64,000 bases of DNA from Takakia lepidozioides (lineage: Eukaryota; Plantae; Bryophyta): positions 25,172,001 through 25,236,000 of the forward strand of contig CM060733.1 of NCBI GenBank assembly GCA_030704615.1. The letters are read 5' to 3'. Position numbers and translations under genes: made by a program. Shown here piece after piece: positions 12,851-24,171 of this stretch. A model generated the notes under the pieces. It saw only the letters and a list, made by a program, of their open reading frames with translations, was not told the DNA's origin and searched no databases. How positions within the stretch are numbered: position 1 is the stretch's first letter; every line of letters starts with the position of its first letter.

Positions 12851-15356
12851 AGAATCATCAAAGTCCATGACTGTTTCTCGCCCTTCCGGCTTCACATTAT
12901 AACTGGTCACCTTGCTGTTCAGGTCTGTGTTTCCTGTCACATGGGCAATTCGATTGATTGCTTGATACAGCCTGTGTCTACAATAAGGTGCCACAGCCAA
13001 TAGCTGTCCAATGGTAATCTCTGCTTTGGACTGACATATTCCTTCAGCCAAAGTCCCTTCATTACCCTGCATGTCTGCAGCTTCTTTCTTCCCTTCATCC
13101 TCACTCACTTCCTCTTCTCTTTCAGAATCAGAGGAATTTGCCATATGAATATCAGTACTCTTCTGCATTTCCCTTATGGTATCTGCCACTTCCTTGTGCA
13201 GTTCCTTCTCATCTCTCCAAGCCTCATCATCTTCAGGCACATCATTGCCATCTTCATTATCATCATCTTCCTCATCTACTGGAGGTATTAGTTTGGCTTT
13301 GCTTCTCGTTACTATCATTGTACTTACTTCTGGTACAACACATGGCCCAACCATGTGAGCTGCCACCACTGGCCCCTCATTCACAGGAGCTCTCATCTCA
13401 TTTTGGTGTCTGATCCAGAATGGACAGGCTGCCTTGTGATGTCCTGCCTGATTACAATAGTAACACAGTTCTTCACTATTGGGTCCTCGCCCTTGGTCTG
13501 CTCTAGGATTATTTCTGTAATCCTGATTCCTTGGCTGGTAATTCCCCCTTGGATTACCCTGATAGTTGCCCCTGAAATTTCCTTGGTAATTCCCTCTTGG
13601 ATTACCTCTCCCTTCCATGCCATTGTTATAACCACCAGGCCTACCATAGTGGTCCTGATCACTGTTTCTTCTTGGCTGGGGCTGCACTTGATGCACCCTT
13701 ACTTGCCTAGGTTCTCTAGCTGCTGTCCTTCTATTGTAGTAACAATTCTCAGTAGAATGGTTATCCATTTTACAGATAGTACAGTGTTTCTCCTTCATGT
13801 GGCATTCAGTGGTGGTATGGCCTTCTTTGCACACCAAACACCCTTCTTCCAATGTGTTGCAGCCTCTGTGGCATACTTCTTCAAGATTTCTTCTAATCTT
13901 TTCTCATAGTTATCCCTCTTCAACATCTCCTTCCTTTTACTCTTCCTTTTCAGCTCTTGCTCTTCTTCCTCATCTAACTCATCCTCAAAGTCCTCATCAT
14001 TATCATCCCTTTTCTCTCTCCTGAGCATTCCCAATTGCTCATTTCTGTTTGCTGTTTCAAATGCCTCCTCCACTATATTATGGGGTAACATATCCACTTT
14101 CTTTTGCAACTCTGGTCTTAGTCCACTCACAAACCAAGTCTTCTGTAAACCTAGTGCTGGTACAACAGCCAGCTTTTTCATCATCAACTCCATTTTTTCC
14201 ATATACTCCTCAACAGTTTCATGCTTCTTTTGCTTTAACTGTTGTAAACTTCCATACACTTCATCCTCAGTTTTACTTGTCCTGAACCTATTTCGGAATG
14301 CTGTATTCAAGCCATTCCAGGTTAGGAAATGATTATCAGGGAATCTTGCATACCATTCATTTGCTTTCTTGATAAGTGAACAAGGAAACAGTCTCATCTT
14401 GGCATCATCGCCATTCTCATTGTTCACAATACACATGTGCTCAAATTGGCTAATGTGTACATCAGGATCTTTTTTTCCTGAATATATTGGAAAAGGTGGT
14501 TTTGCCCGTGTTGGTTGTAACGCCATCTATGGCCCTACCTTCTGCCCACTGACAGATGCTGGCCCCCTTGGTGGTGCTGGTCCTTGAGGACCTGTTGTAG
14601 TTGTGGTGGATCTTCCACCCAGTGGTGGCCCTTGAGCACTCCCTGCTACTGGCCCCAGATATTCACAGTATTCCCAGCTCCAGTTGCACTACTTCCCACA
14701 CTCCCTGTCCCCCCAGAGCCAGATCCAGGCTGCCCGCCTGATCCCCCTGAGCCGACACCTTCGTTGGCATGTGATCCAAGTGCTCCACTTGATCCAGGTC
14801 CAACGGGTTGGGATGTCCTGGTTGTAGTCTCAAACTCAGCTGTTGGGTCTACTTCTTCATACTCTTCCTCTTCCAATTTCTTCTCTCTGTTTTCATCCTC
14901 CAAGTTCTGCCCTTGGGTTTCTTCTTCACTCATGTAACTCAACTGCAATGGTGTTGGAGAGTCTGAACTCTCCGTTGGCTCTGCCACATCCTCTCCTCCT
15001 TCTTCGTCTTCCGTCTCAGAAACTGGAGTTCCTGCTTTTGGTGTTCCATGCCAACTCTTATCAAAGATTTCTGTCAAATCTTTTATCCAAGGATGTACCT
15101 CAGATCTTTCACCTCGTGGTTGATCTTCTTTCCGTACCAATTCCCTTAATCTTTCTTGCAAAGAAAAAGAAGGAGTGGCATCCAACTCTAGTTCTTCCGG
15201 TATGGGTGATGTACTCTCTGATCTTAATGGTGTGAGAGGTCCAGATGATTCCCCTATGTCTATTCCTCTCTCCCAAAGATATGGATAATTAGCTTTCAGA
15301 TAACTTTATCTTTTTGCTGAATATCTTTGGAGTCTAGCTTCTCTTTCATCACTCAT
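12851..15356 (-). pseudogene. Element B gag with three Cys/His zinc knuckles
   Basis: YSGKKDPDVHISQFE..LFPCSL..A.EWY..TWNGL..F..RF..LQQLKQKKHETVEEY; knuckles CLVCKEGHTTTEC, CTICKMDNHSTENC, CYYCNQAGHHKAAC; probable start MSDERE at 15356; internal stops and frameshifts. Confidence 0.85.
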
Positions 15357-15376
15357 GTCCCATGTTTTTCATTTCT

Positions 15377-16063
15377 TTAATGTGGCAGTAACCAAAACTC
15401 TCTTCTGTAGTATATGCCTGGGTTTCTTTCAAGCTTCAATGCACCCTTGGCTATACTAGAAGTCTCTGTTACCATATAACCATATGACAAACAAGTCTGG
15501 AAAGTTGTTCTTGGTGTGAGTTTGATCCACAGAATATCCTTTGGAATCCAATTCTTTACCAGTACAAGCTCTTCATGCATATGAGTATAAACATTCACCT
15601 TCCTTTCCTCCCAGCCTTCAAACTCTACTCGCTTAATGGATAGCAACACTATCACATAAACCAGTGTTGGTAACCAACGTGCTCTTCCTCTACAGGCCAC
15701 CTGATAAATATTTATCACCCCTTTCTCTAGACCCCACTCAGGGTCAGCATCATGCACTCTCTTAAGAATGTTTTCTATACAACCGTCTGGCAATTCCAAG
15801 AACCTCTGAAAGAATTGTTTGGACAATCTTTCTTTCTCAGTTTCACAGGGAATTTGATTCACATCAAATTCTTTAATTCTCCATCCACCATGATCCCACC
15901 AGATGCCTGTCACATCTGGTTGTTCATGACTTAGTTCCCCAGTATGGTCGCCAAATGTCGAGCGGCTTTTACTCACCCATCCCTTCGCTATCCGAGGTGG
16001 AAACTCCAAGATAGAAGAGTTGGATATCTCTAAGCACTCAGCCCGCTTAGTACAATCAGTCAT
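15377..16063 (-). CDS. 228-aa ORF upstream of gag, starting inside the 5' LTR and crossing the PBS; function unknown
   Basis: Uninterrupted ATG-initiated ORF; its first 36 codons are also open and conserved in the A LTR (ATG at 6897: MTDCSARAEYLEISNSSILEFPPRIAKGWVSKSRAT). Confidence 0.55.
   Translation of the reverse strand: MTDCTKRAECLEISNSSILEFPPRIAKGWVSKSRSTFGDHTGELSHEQPDVTGIWWDHGGWRIKEFDVNQIPCETEKERLSKQFFQRFLELPDGCIENILKRVHDADPEWGLEKGVINIYQVACRGRARWLPTLVYVIVLLSIKRVEFEGWEERKVNVYTHMHEELVLVKNWIPKDILWIKLTPRTTFQTCLSYGYMVTETSSIAKGALKLERNPGIYYRREFWLLPH
15935..15953 (-). promoter_or_regulatory. Primer binding site of element B, probably tRNA-Arg
   Basis: TGGCGACCATACTGGGGAA 2 nt after the LTR CA; resembles the complement of plant tRNA-Arg 3' ends (TGGCGAC…CTGGGGA). 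Confidence 0.75.
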
Positions 16064-16982
16064 GACCTGCAGCTAGTGAATCATGGTTGTGCTTCCCGTT
16101 TGTGTTCCTTCTTGCCTTCATGTTATCAATTTACCTTATCTGATACTGAAGCATCAGATTGCTTCAGTATCTTCTTAGTTCCAGTTAATCATGCATTCAT
16201 TTCACAGCTTCACTCATGTCTCTCTACACAGTGTGCTCGTATCGAATAAGTATCAGTTTACGATTTATCAGGTACTAGGCCAATGTCAAGGTGACTCTAA
16301 TCCGCCCTACAGTATCACTACAGCTCTGCATGAATTAAGCATCTACTGTTCATCTTTTCTCCTTCTATCTCCCCTCGTTCCTGCTCTCCTCTCCTACATG
16401 ACCAAGAAGCGGTCCCCCGTCAAGTCCCCGCTCTTGGCTTTATCTACCTACAAGCTGTTCTAACCGCCTTGCTAACTAACCGTCACCCCTGAAGTAACAT
16501 ATTCCCTCTGCAGATGTTGTCCCCACACAGTCGTTCCCTGTCCATGTTAACCGTTCCCCCTGTACTGTGACAACTGTGCAAAACTGCGTTAGGCTGTGTG
16601 AAGCTGTGACAGGCTGTGACTGGCTGTGTCAGGCTGTGTCGGCTGTGACGGATTGTGACGGACTGTGACTGGCTGTGACGGTTGTGACGGTTGTGACGGC
16701 TGTGTCGGGCTGTGCGAAGCTGTGGCAGCTGTGGCGGGCTGTGTTGGCTGTGACTGGCTGTAATTGGCTGTGGCGGCTGTGACTGGCTGTGACGGCTGTG
16801 TCGGGCTGTGGCGGCTGTGACTGGATGTGTCGGGCTGTGACGGGCTGTGTCGGGCTGTGTAACCCCCCCCTAAAGCCTGCAGCTGTCACCCCTAAGGCTC
16901 TTGTTGGTCTCAATCTGTGTAAAAATAAAGGGTATCCCACAGAACCCGTAAAAGCGTTAAAGTCCCAAGCAGCCCTCTAACA
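15956..16982 (-). repeat. 5' LTR of element B (1,027 bp)
   Basis: TGTTAGAGGG...GCTCGACA on the minus strand; homologous to the A/C LTRs. Confidence 0.9.
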
Positions 16983-17024
16983 GGCCCTTCTCGCAATTCC
17001 TGGCATGCAGCCCTTAAAGGGCAG

Positions 17025-17384
17025 ATGTTTCGATTGTGTGACTTATCATTGGCCATTCAAGAGCAGGATGAGGAGGACATTAAGGCAGTCCAGCGCGTGC
17101 TGGTGTCCACTTTTTCATACACTCCACGCAGTCTAGACTACGAGCACATGCGACACACCATTGGCAAAGCTTTGAAGACACAACAAAGTGAACTGTATGC
17201 AAAGTTCAAGGCAGGGGAGGGCAGACCTTTGTATGTGGACGAAGGGCAATGGACCAAGCTTGTTGCGTACTGGTCAACCCCAAATTTCAGCACCGTATCA
17301 GCCAAGATGAAGAAGGCAAATTCGTGTATACAGAATCCATCAAAAACTGGTCGTGGTGGGAAGGCATCTGTGGAGGCACGTCTG
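17025..17384 (+). CDS. CACTA TnpA/Ptta-En/Spm (Transposase_24)-like exon
   Basis: RPLYVDEGQWTKLVAYWSTPNFSTVSAKMKKAN..PSKTGRGG motif, ending at a GTAAGT donor (17385). Confidence 0.7.
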
Positions 17385-17549
17385 GTAAGTTATTGATCAC
17401 ATCCCTTGGCACAAACTATTGCTAAGGTACTTCAACAGTATGATATGTGGCATCAATTCTTCAACCAGACCTGCAATTTGATTTATTTCTTCAACCCGAC
17501 TGGTTGATTGATTGGTTTACTGATTGATTTAATTCTTGAACACGACTGG

Positions 17550-17950
17550 TTTGTCTTCCCGCTCCGAGTTTAAATATCGGCCAATTACCCAGGGTAGCTA
17601 GGCCCTTCAGGCCATCCTTAAGGTCCTCGCTTTTGTCAGACTGACAAGTTCAGGGAAGTTTAATGCCTAACCTGATTTTGCTAGGACATTTTATGTGCTT
17701 CCAACTTTCCCTTAGCCACTTCAGCCTCCAAATCAGCTTCATCTACCATGCTTAGTGCTTCCTTATTTCATTGAGAATCTCTTTTGCCCGATATTGCCAG
17801 TGCTTGATTTGTTTAACATGATGGTCTTTCTTCTGCGAAATAGAGTGGATCATCTTAAGGTATGTGGTATTTCAGCTAGCGCTCGCATCTGATCCAAATG
17901 TCAGGATACTTTACAACGTCCTTGGAAAGCTCAAAGAGCTTATGGGACAG
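17550..17950 (-). mobile_element. Degenerate fragments of the same LINE family as 62478-64000, in the CACTA intron
   Basis: CAAGTTCAGGGAAGTT and GAGTTTAAAT blocks match ~62960-63090; ACTTTACAACGTCCTTGGAAAGCTCAAAGAGCTTATGGGAC matches the LINE 3' terminus. Confidence 0.65.
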
Positions 17951-18455
17951 GAGAAGGCATGCATGAAAGAAGAAAAGAGAGTGCCTTGTACCAAATGAGA
18001 GGGTCTCTCTCTGTCTAGGTGGTTTTTGAATGCTCCTAGACATCTTGCAAGTCTGATATGGTAGGTTTGTGTCATTGTGTGAAGGCTTTCATTGTCTCGT
18101 GTAGACTGTCAGGATGTTATATCATGTCATGTTAGTCATTCAGTACGTGGCCGCATTTTGACTTTGCTGGCTGATTTGCAGGAAGCCCATTGCGGGCGAT
18201 CAGTCGAGCTGCAAGGAGTTGTCTGTGAGGAAAACAATGACATCAGAGAGAATGGTGAGTTGTTTGTAAATCTCAACTCAGTTGCAAATGAGTCTGCATG
18301 TGTCACTGGTGTGCACCCATTAGGATGTGTGAGCGGGTCCATTCGATTGCACATGATTCCTTTAAACCTCCACTTCATGACAACATTTATTTGTATGCAA
18401 CATCGTGGTTGTGGTGACAATTTTTTTTCTCATTCAATACTGTTGTTGTTGGCAG

Positions 18456-19535
18456 GAGGCAAGTGAGGGCTATTGTAGTATCGTGCGCAAAGTCGAGGAG
18501 CTAGGAAGAGAAACCACAAGTCAGCGAGAAGACATCATCGATTTGAAGGCTTGTGTCTCGCAGATGATGCTTTACCAAAAAGCGATAGCCAGCAAGTTTG
18601 GCATCTCTATATCAGTGTCGGCTGTGGGGACATCTGCAGTAGCCAGCGAGTGCATAGACGCAGCTCGCACATCCAGGCACCTAGAGGACAACTTCGAGAC
18701 ACCCCCTGCAGTTGCATCAGTGTTGTCTCCCCCCCGTGTCTGTCATGATCAATTGCAGGTGGGCAATTCCCCCTGCGATGGCACGGGAGATGAGGACGCA
18801 AACAAATTACCTGGCATGCTAAAGGATCCCGTACCTTTGTCTGGCTTCATGGATCCCATGTCAAAAGTAGCATGCCTTGATTCAGAGGCAGCTGGAGAAT
18901 CACTGGGCATGAAGGGGGATGATTGTGCAATTGATCTTGGTTCCCCTCGGGTTGTCCCTACCACTCCCCATTATTTGTTGAAGAAGAAGGACAGAGATCC
19001 GACCAGTGCAAAACATTTACTGATTCTAGATGTAAATGGCTTGCTTTGTGAGTGCGTACATGTTGGTAGTGCTGCAGGGTATATTTCAGATGGCTTTGTT
19101 GGCAGAACCTGTGGCAGTAAAATGGTGTTGATGAGGCCTAGCTGCAATGATTTTTTGAACAAGTGTTTTGCGCACTTTGAGGTGGCAGTGTGGTCTTGCA
19201 TGACACTTCGCAACTTCCAACATGTTGTGGAGTGGATTTTCCGTGGTCAGCCTAATCTTGTGTTTCAGTGGGATGGTGCTTACTGTGAACAATCAAGTGA
19301 GAGAAATGACGGGCACCCATCTAAGCCTATCTTTTTCAAGAACTTGTCAACAGTATGGCGCGAATTTTCTGTATGGGATGAGAACAACACTCTTCTTGTT
19401 GATGACACTCCACACAAAGGGAAGAAGAATCTTGCCTTCACTGGCATATTCCCAGAGCCTTGGAGAAGTGGGGTTCCCGGGGCGACTTCTGACCAGTTCC
19501 TCAATATGAAGTTGTGGCCTTTCTTGGAGGGGTAG
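18456..19535 (+). CDS. Short coiled coil and linker plus FCP1/SCP (NIF, HAD-superfamily) phosphatase-like domain
   Basis: LLILDVNGLL (motif I, plant DxNGLL variant), VLMRPSCNDFL..CF..FEVAVWS, KPIFFKNL, NTLLVDDTPHK; AG acceptor at 18454-18455; the TAG at 19533 may be premature. Confidence 0.8.
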   Translation, partial: EASEGYCSIVRKVEELGRETTSQREDIIDLKACVSQMMLYQKAIASKFGISISVSAVGTSAVASECIDAARTSRHLEDNFETPPAVASVLSPPRVCHDQLQVGNSPCDGTGDEDANKLPGMLKDPVPLSGFMDPMSKVACLDSEAAGESLGMKGDDCAIDLGSPRVVPTTPHYLLKKKDRDPTSAKHLLILDVNGLLCECVHVGSAAGYISDGFVGRTCGSKMVLMRPSCNDFLNKCFAHFEVAVWSCMTLRNFQHVVEWIFRGQPNLVFQWDGAYCEQSSERNDGHPSKPIFFKNLSTVWREFSVWDENNTLLVDDTPHKGKKNLAFTGIFPEPWRSGVPGATSDQFLNMKLWPFLEG

Positions 19536-20620
19536 CAAAGGCAGCCTCAATTACAGATTATGTGAGGGCCCATCCTCGGTTTGGACAAGCTTCACATAAC
19601 ACTCTCACAACCCAGCACCCGCAGGTAACTCCAGATTTTACGCGTCATGCCATTGTGTTGCCTAGAGGTAAATACTTTATGCAAACATAGTGAATTGTAT
19701 GTCAATGCAATGTGGAATGCTAGGTGTGTAGCTCTGTCTAGTTTAGCTTTTGTCTAGTTTTAGTTTTAGTTTGTGTGTAGCTTTGTCTAGTTTAGCTTTT
19801 GTCTAGTTTTAGTTTAAGTTGTGTGTAACTTTAGTTGTAGGGGAGTAAGCTGCCAGCATAGCAAGCAGTATGGATGTAACCTGCTCATAGCTCGGTGTAT
19901 CTCCGCTACCACTCATTGTGCAGTATGCTTTGTCTGTGCAGGTGCCTGCCGGGATTACGCAAGTCTCTGGCCACAGGGCATTGCAGGTAAGATTAATCCA
20001 CTGCCCCATGCAATCTGCATTGGCTTATCGCCAACCCATTTGCGAGTGGTACTTGTGGAACCCAGTCCAATGTGTGGAGCATATGTTCCTGTGTGCAGGT
20101 ACCTGGCCATTTACAATCTGCGGCAGTTGAAGGGGCAGCCACCGCGCTACCTGTCAGCAAGACAACTCCCAAACCTCCAGTCCTTGACTGCCAGAATGGG
20201 GTAAAGGTTCCCTACCTACCTGCAATTTTCAAATTTGCACACATAGAGTTTGTGTAATCGTGCTTACACATATTCTTAGCGATGTTTGTTTGTTTCACGT
20301 ATGTATATGTTGTTGTTGCTTTGATTTTTTTCCTGAAAGCTTGCTCATGTATCTTCTGGGGTCACTCGGGGTGGATGGCAGTTGAAGGTGGGTGACCAAG
20401 TCCGGCTTATCGACACGGTTTTGAGGGCAGGATTCGCAGTCAATTACTACGGTCTTATCAATGACTATGATTAGGCGTCCCCGTTGCCACGTCAACAGTA
20501 AGCTCCACGACTGGCAGATACAACTCTATGGCGCTTACAACTCATTTGTCACAACTGATTGGGTTTATCTGACTAGGCAGTCATGCAGTCATAAAAGGCT
20601 GATACGACTGGAAAATAGCA

Positions 20621-20648
20621 GACGTAAAAGCCGGATTTTGTTGTAGTG
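20621..20648 (-). repeat. CACTA terminal inverted repeat (right end)
   Basis: Reverse complement reads CACTACAACAAAATCCGGCTTTTACGTC; the partner TIR is not in the window. Confidence 0.7.
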
Positions 20649-20778
20649 CTGCACTCATATGCGACCAATAGGATGTGTATGCAAAGTCATCTTTTATTTC
20701 GTTGCAAATGCTTAAAAGCATGCTTACATGACAAATGCGTCCTATGGTGCACCTCTAATCTCGGGCCCAGATGGATAT

Positions 20779-23388
20779 CTATGAGGATACTGCTTTCTCA
20801 GCAGCGGTCAAACCAGTCAAGATGTACTTAAGACACTGCATCCGTTGGCCAAGTGCAAACTTGAACGTAAACCAGTGTTTCGTGAAAGGTACTCCTCTCT
20901 CTGCCCTTTTAAAAGAGGTTCGACTATGCCCAGTTTGAAGCCATTCATAATATCCTTGGATGAAGGACATGACTGACGTAAAACCCGGATTCCCAGCTGA
21001 ATGGCTGTTGGGGCACTTCAGGCTGGTTGAACTGAAATGCCCTAACCTCCTCCCAACCCAGTGAATCAGCACTGTAGCCTAAACACTCCGCATGCAGCTT
21101 CCGTTTCCATGACAGAACATATGGGCAACCATGCAAAGACTCGATGGAGTTCATGTGAGTGTAGCAGCCTTTCCGCACGTCGATGACAACAACACTCCAG
21201 TGCCCCCTGCAAGATGATTCTCATGAGTCTCACGGCAACAGTCCTCTCAGCAGACCACTCCAACTGCCTCTCCAACATACTCTACAGACTCGCAAGTAGG
21301 CTGGGTCCTGGTCCTAGTACACTCAGCCGACTCAGCAGAGCCACGACTCAGCAGACTCAAAAGACTCATCACTTAGCAGACTCGACATAATGAACAGACT
21401 CGACAGACTCGACAGACCGAGCAAACTGTCCTCATTCAAAAGACTGGGCAGATTTGCCAAACTGAGCAGACTGAACGGACTCAACCAGCGAGAGGTAGGT
21501 GTGAATGGAGTGATATCATTCAAAAGACTGGCCCGACAGAACAGACTGGGTATGCGAGATCTTACTCCTCCACAATCGGAACGATTATATGATGGCAGTC
21601 TTTTATGTCTTTGCCGAGCCGAGGGACGCTCCAACAAGAATGCGGATTCTCCACTAGCCTTTCCCCTGGCCCGTCCCAATATGTCATCGTACGAGACCAC
21701 GTTGAGGCTGGTAGAAGAGCAACAATACTTGAGTACTTCTCCTCAACCGTCTTCTCATAGAAACGACACCACAACTCCAGCATTCTATCTATGCACTCCG
21801 ACTCCACCGTCTCAAGTGGCTTCAAGTCCGGAGGCCCGATGGAGCACTCATACCAGGGGTCGCCTTCATAAAAGTGAACCATGCAATTGCCGGCCGTGAC
21901 ATTCCGTCGCAAGGCCGCGGCAAAACGAGAACCCAACCTGCACACAGACCACGGCCTTGTGTGAAAACCCATGTACGCAACGGTCTGAGCGGATTGACTC
22001 CATTCAACAGACTGCCCATACCGAGCGGACTTCGGAGCGGACTGAGTAGACTCACACTTCTGAGTAGACTGGAGTGACCAGACTCAGCAGACTGGGAGGA
22101 CTACTCACTGGTGCATTTGTCGCTGAAGAACCACTTCCTTATCCGTATCCAATGCCATTTTGCGGTCCTTGTTCATGAAGACAGCGGACTTGCCTTTCTT
22201 CGCAGGTTTCTTGGCAACAGGACTCTCCCAAACTTCTTGAGTCTGCTCCACGACAGTCCGCTTCTTCGCTCTACTTGTGCCCAGGGATTCGGCGACTACT
22301 GTGGCTGAGTTCGATTCAGCAGACTGACGAAGTGATGCGGTCCTGCTTCGCAACACGACTGTGTCTACAGGCTTGTTCACACTTGCAGGACCTGTATTGG
22401 CAGCCTCACAGGTCGCATGCGTTGAACTAATCCGTGCATCTGTTGGCGTTGTAAGTAAGCCACCTTTTCTGGTTGTGGAGCCAACGTGAGCAGCATGGGC
22501 GGGTTGTGGGAGGGAAACGGTGTCTTGAAGTCCTGTAGGTACAATAGATCATGTCAATACACATAAATTGAACATAAATCTGAAATCACAGAGGTGGAAG
22601 ACGGCAGGGCACAACTTGTACGTCGTCATTGGAAGGAAGCGACTGGGCAGACTCCTCCCCTGCTTGAACGCCCAAGTCCAGAGCCACTGTAGCCAGGGGC
22701 ATTATGACAGACTTTGTGTGCGCGGCATGTTGGCCCTCAGTCTGTCCAATGTTATCGTTAGTCTGCTCAGTATCCTCAGTCTAGTTAGCCTGGTGCTTAG
22801 TCTGCTCGCCGCTCTGGTCAGTCTGCTGTCGAGTCTAGTGGACACTCTCGTGGGCGGGGGGAACGGCATGTTGGCCCTCCCTCAGAGGACCATGTTCAGC
22901 GTCAGTCTGCTGCTCACTGTCCTCAGTTTGGTCAGTCTGGTGCTCAGTCTGCTTTTTTCTCTGGTCAGTCTGGTGGTCATTCTCGTGGTCGGTCTGCTCT
23001 TGCAGGGATGAGATCAATCTATCAACTTGCAAGTCAACTGTGTCTTTAGGGTCTGATGCAGAAAAAGCTTGACTACCACCGACATCTAGATTATCCGAGG
23101 CAACTACATCGTCTAGTTCTTCAGTAAGGTCAATGATACGGGGTTGAGTTCCCATATTGCAGTCGGTCACTTAAGAATCATCAAGAGCTTTCGCAAGTGA
23201 ACGAACCAAAACCGGGCTAAGCTGAATGGAAATAGATGGCAGGCCATGGGCCACTGGAGAAGAATGGTTTACCGGTGCTCGGCTTATATCCTCAAACAAT
23301 GTGCCAATATGTGAAGATGGCCCGGCGGGAAAAGAAGACTTCGTCAATGCACGGATAGAACTCCGCAAAAATTCAGAGACAGGGTCCA
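20779..23388 (-). pseudogene. Ulp1/SENP (peptidase C48)-like gene, probably TE-borne, multi-exon
   Basis: Splicing exon end 21566 to exon start 21206 gives HIIVPIVEEGHWSVVVIDVRKGCYTHMNSI…EVPQQPFSWESGFYV; a 4-bp GTCA duplication at ~20975 shifts frame; upstream low-complexity coding segments to 23388. Confidence 0.7.
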
Positions 23389-24116
23389 TGTCGCGGCCCT
23401 TCGCCTTGAGGGCAGGGGGTCGGGACACGAGAGGGGCTGCCCCTGTGGTGGGGGCAGTGGCGACGATAGATGCGGGGGCTAAAGCACCCTTGAGTGTCCA
23501 AGGCACTCAAGGGGGGCGGAGGCGCTCACTAGGTGGAGCCTCGCACACCGGGTTGCGGTGGGGGGGTGGTTCCACGAGGGGTGGTGGTAGCTTAGTGGGA
23601 CTTAGTGGGGGTGGCATAGGACTCACCATGGGGGCGGAGATTTGTGGTGGGAGTCGTGGGGAGTCTTGGGACTCATCACGGTCCAATGGGACTGTGGTGA
23701 GTGGGCCAAGACTCACCGCGACTCATCACCGGGAATCGAGGGGTTTCGTGGTGGTTCGCCATAAAATGACATGGTTGTTTGTGAAACCCCCGCGGACAGT
23801 CACAGAAGTATATATAGGGAGTAGTAACCCCGAGAACGGTGCAAGCCCGTTGGTGACCAAAAACTAGTGAGTAAGCGTGCGAGCCGGAAAGCGACCAGGG
23901 TGTGGGGAGCTATTCCGGACTGCCATCGACCAAAGGGAATTTCCACTAGGCCCAAATTGGGAGAGGGTCTTGTGGGGGAGTGAAGGGGGACCGTTATGTC
24001 CCGGTGAGCAGCCGAAGCTCCGAATTGGTCCGGCGGCCAATTAGGGAGTTAGGCGCGCGCATCAGAGCGAGTAACTATGACTTGAAAGGGAGCTTACCGA
24101 AGTGAGGTGCGCGACA
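23389..24116 (+). repeat. 5' LTR of element D (728 bp)
   Basis: TGTCGCGGCC…GTGCGCGACA; direct repeat of 29490-30212. Confidence 0.95.
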
Positions 24117-24118
24117 CT

Positions 24119-24130
24119 TGGTATCAGAGC
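24119..24130 (+). promoter_or_regulatory. PBS complementary to initiator tRNA-Met
   Basis: TGGTATCAGAGC. Confidence 0.93.
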
Positions 24131-24171
24131 TTAGAGTTCAGTACGTGATTGTCCTTGGGATCGGCCTCATC

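Larger units (their letters stand above)
7005..16982 (-). mobile_element. Athila/OTA-like Gypsy element B (diverged subfamily of A/C); 3' part cut off by insertion of element A
   Basis: 5' LTR, PBS, gag, PR, RT, RH, INT and the start of the extra region, which stops abruptly at the A LTR boundary (…QAMLRSS vs QAMLMSSI in A). Confidence 0.93.
16983..20648 (+). mobile_element. CACTA (En/Spm) DNA transposon, right portion (left part interrupted by elements B/A)
   Basis: TnpA-like exon; terminus …GCCGGATTTTGTTGTAGTG (= CACTACAACAAAATCCGGC reversed) with GACT-rich subterminal motifs. Confidence 0.7.

Noticed and set aside
22568-23011. Hydrophobic Leu/Ser/Val-rich ORF resembling a membrane protein
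   Set aside because: Antisense shadow of the CAGACT-rich QTD/QTE low-complexity segment of the minus-strand Ulp1-like gene.
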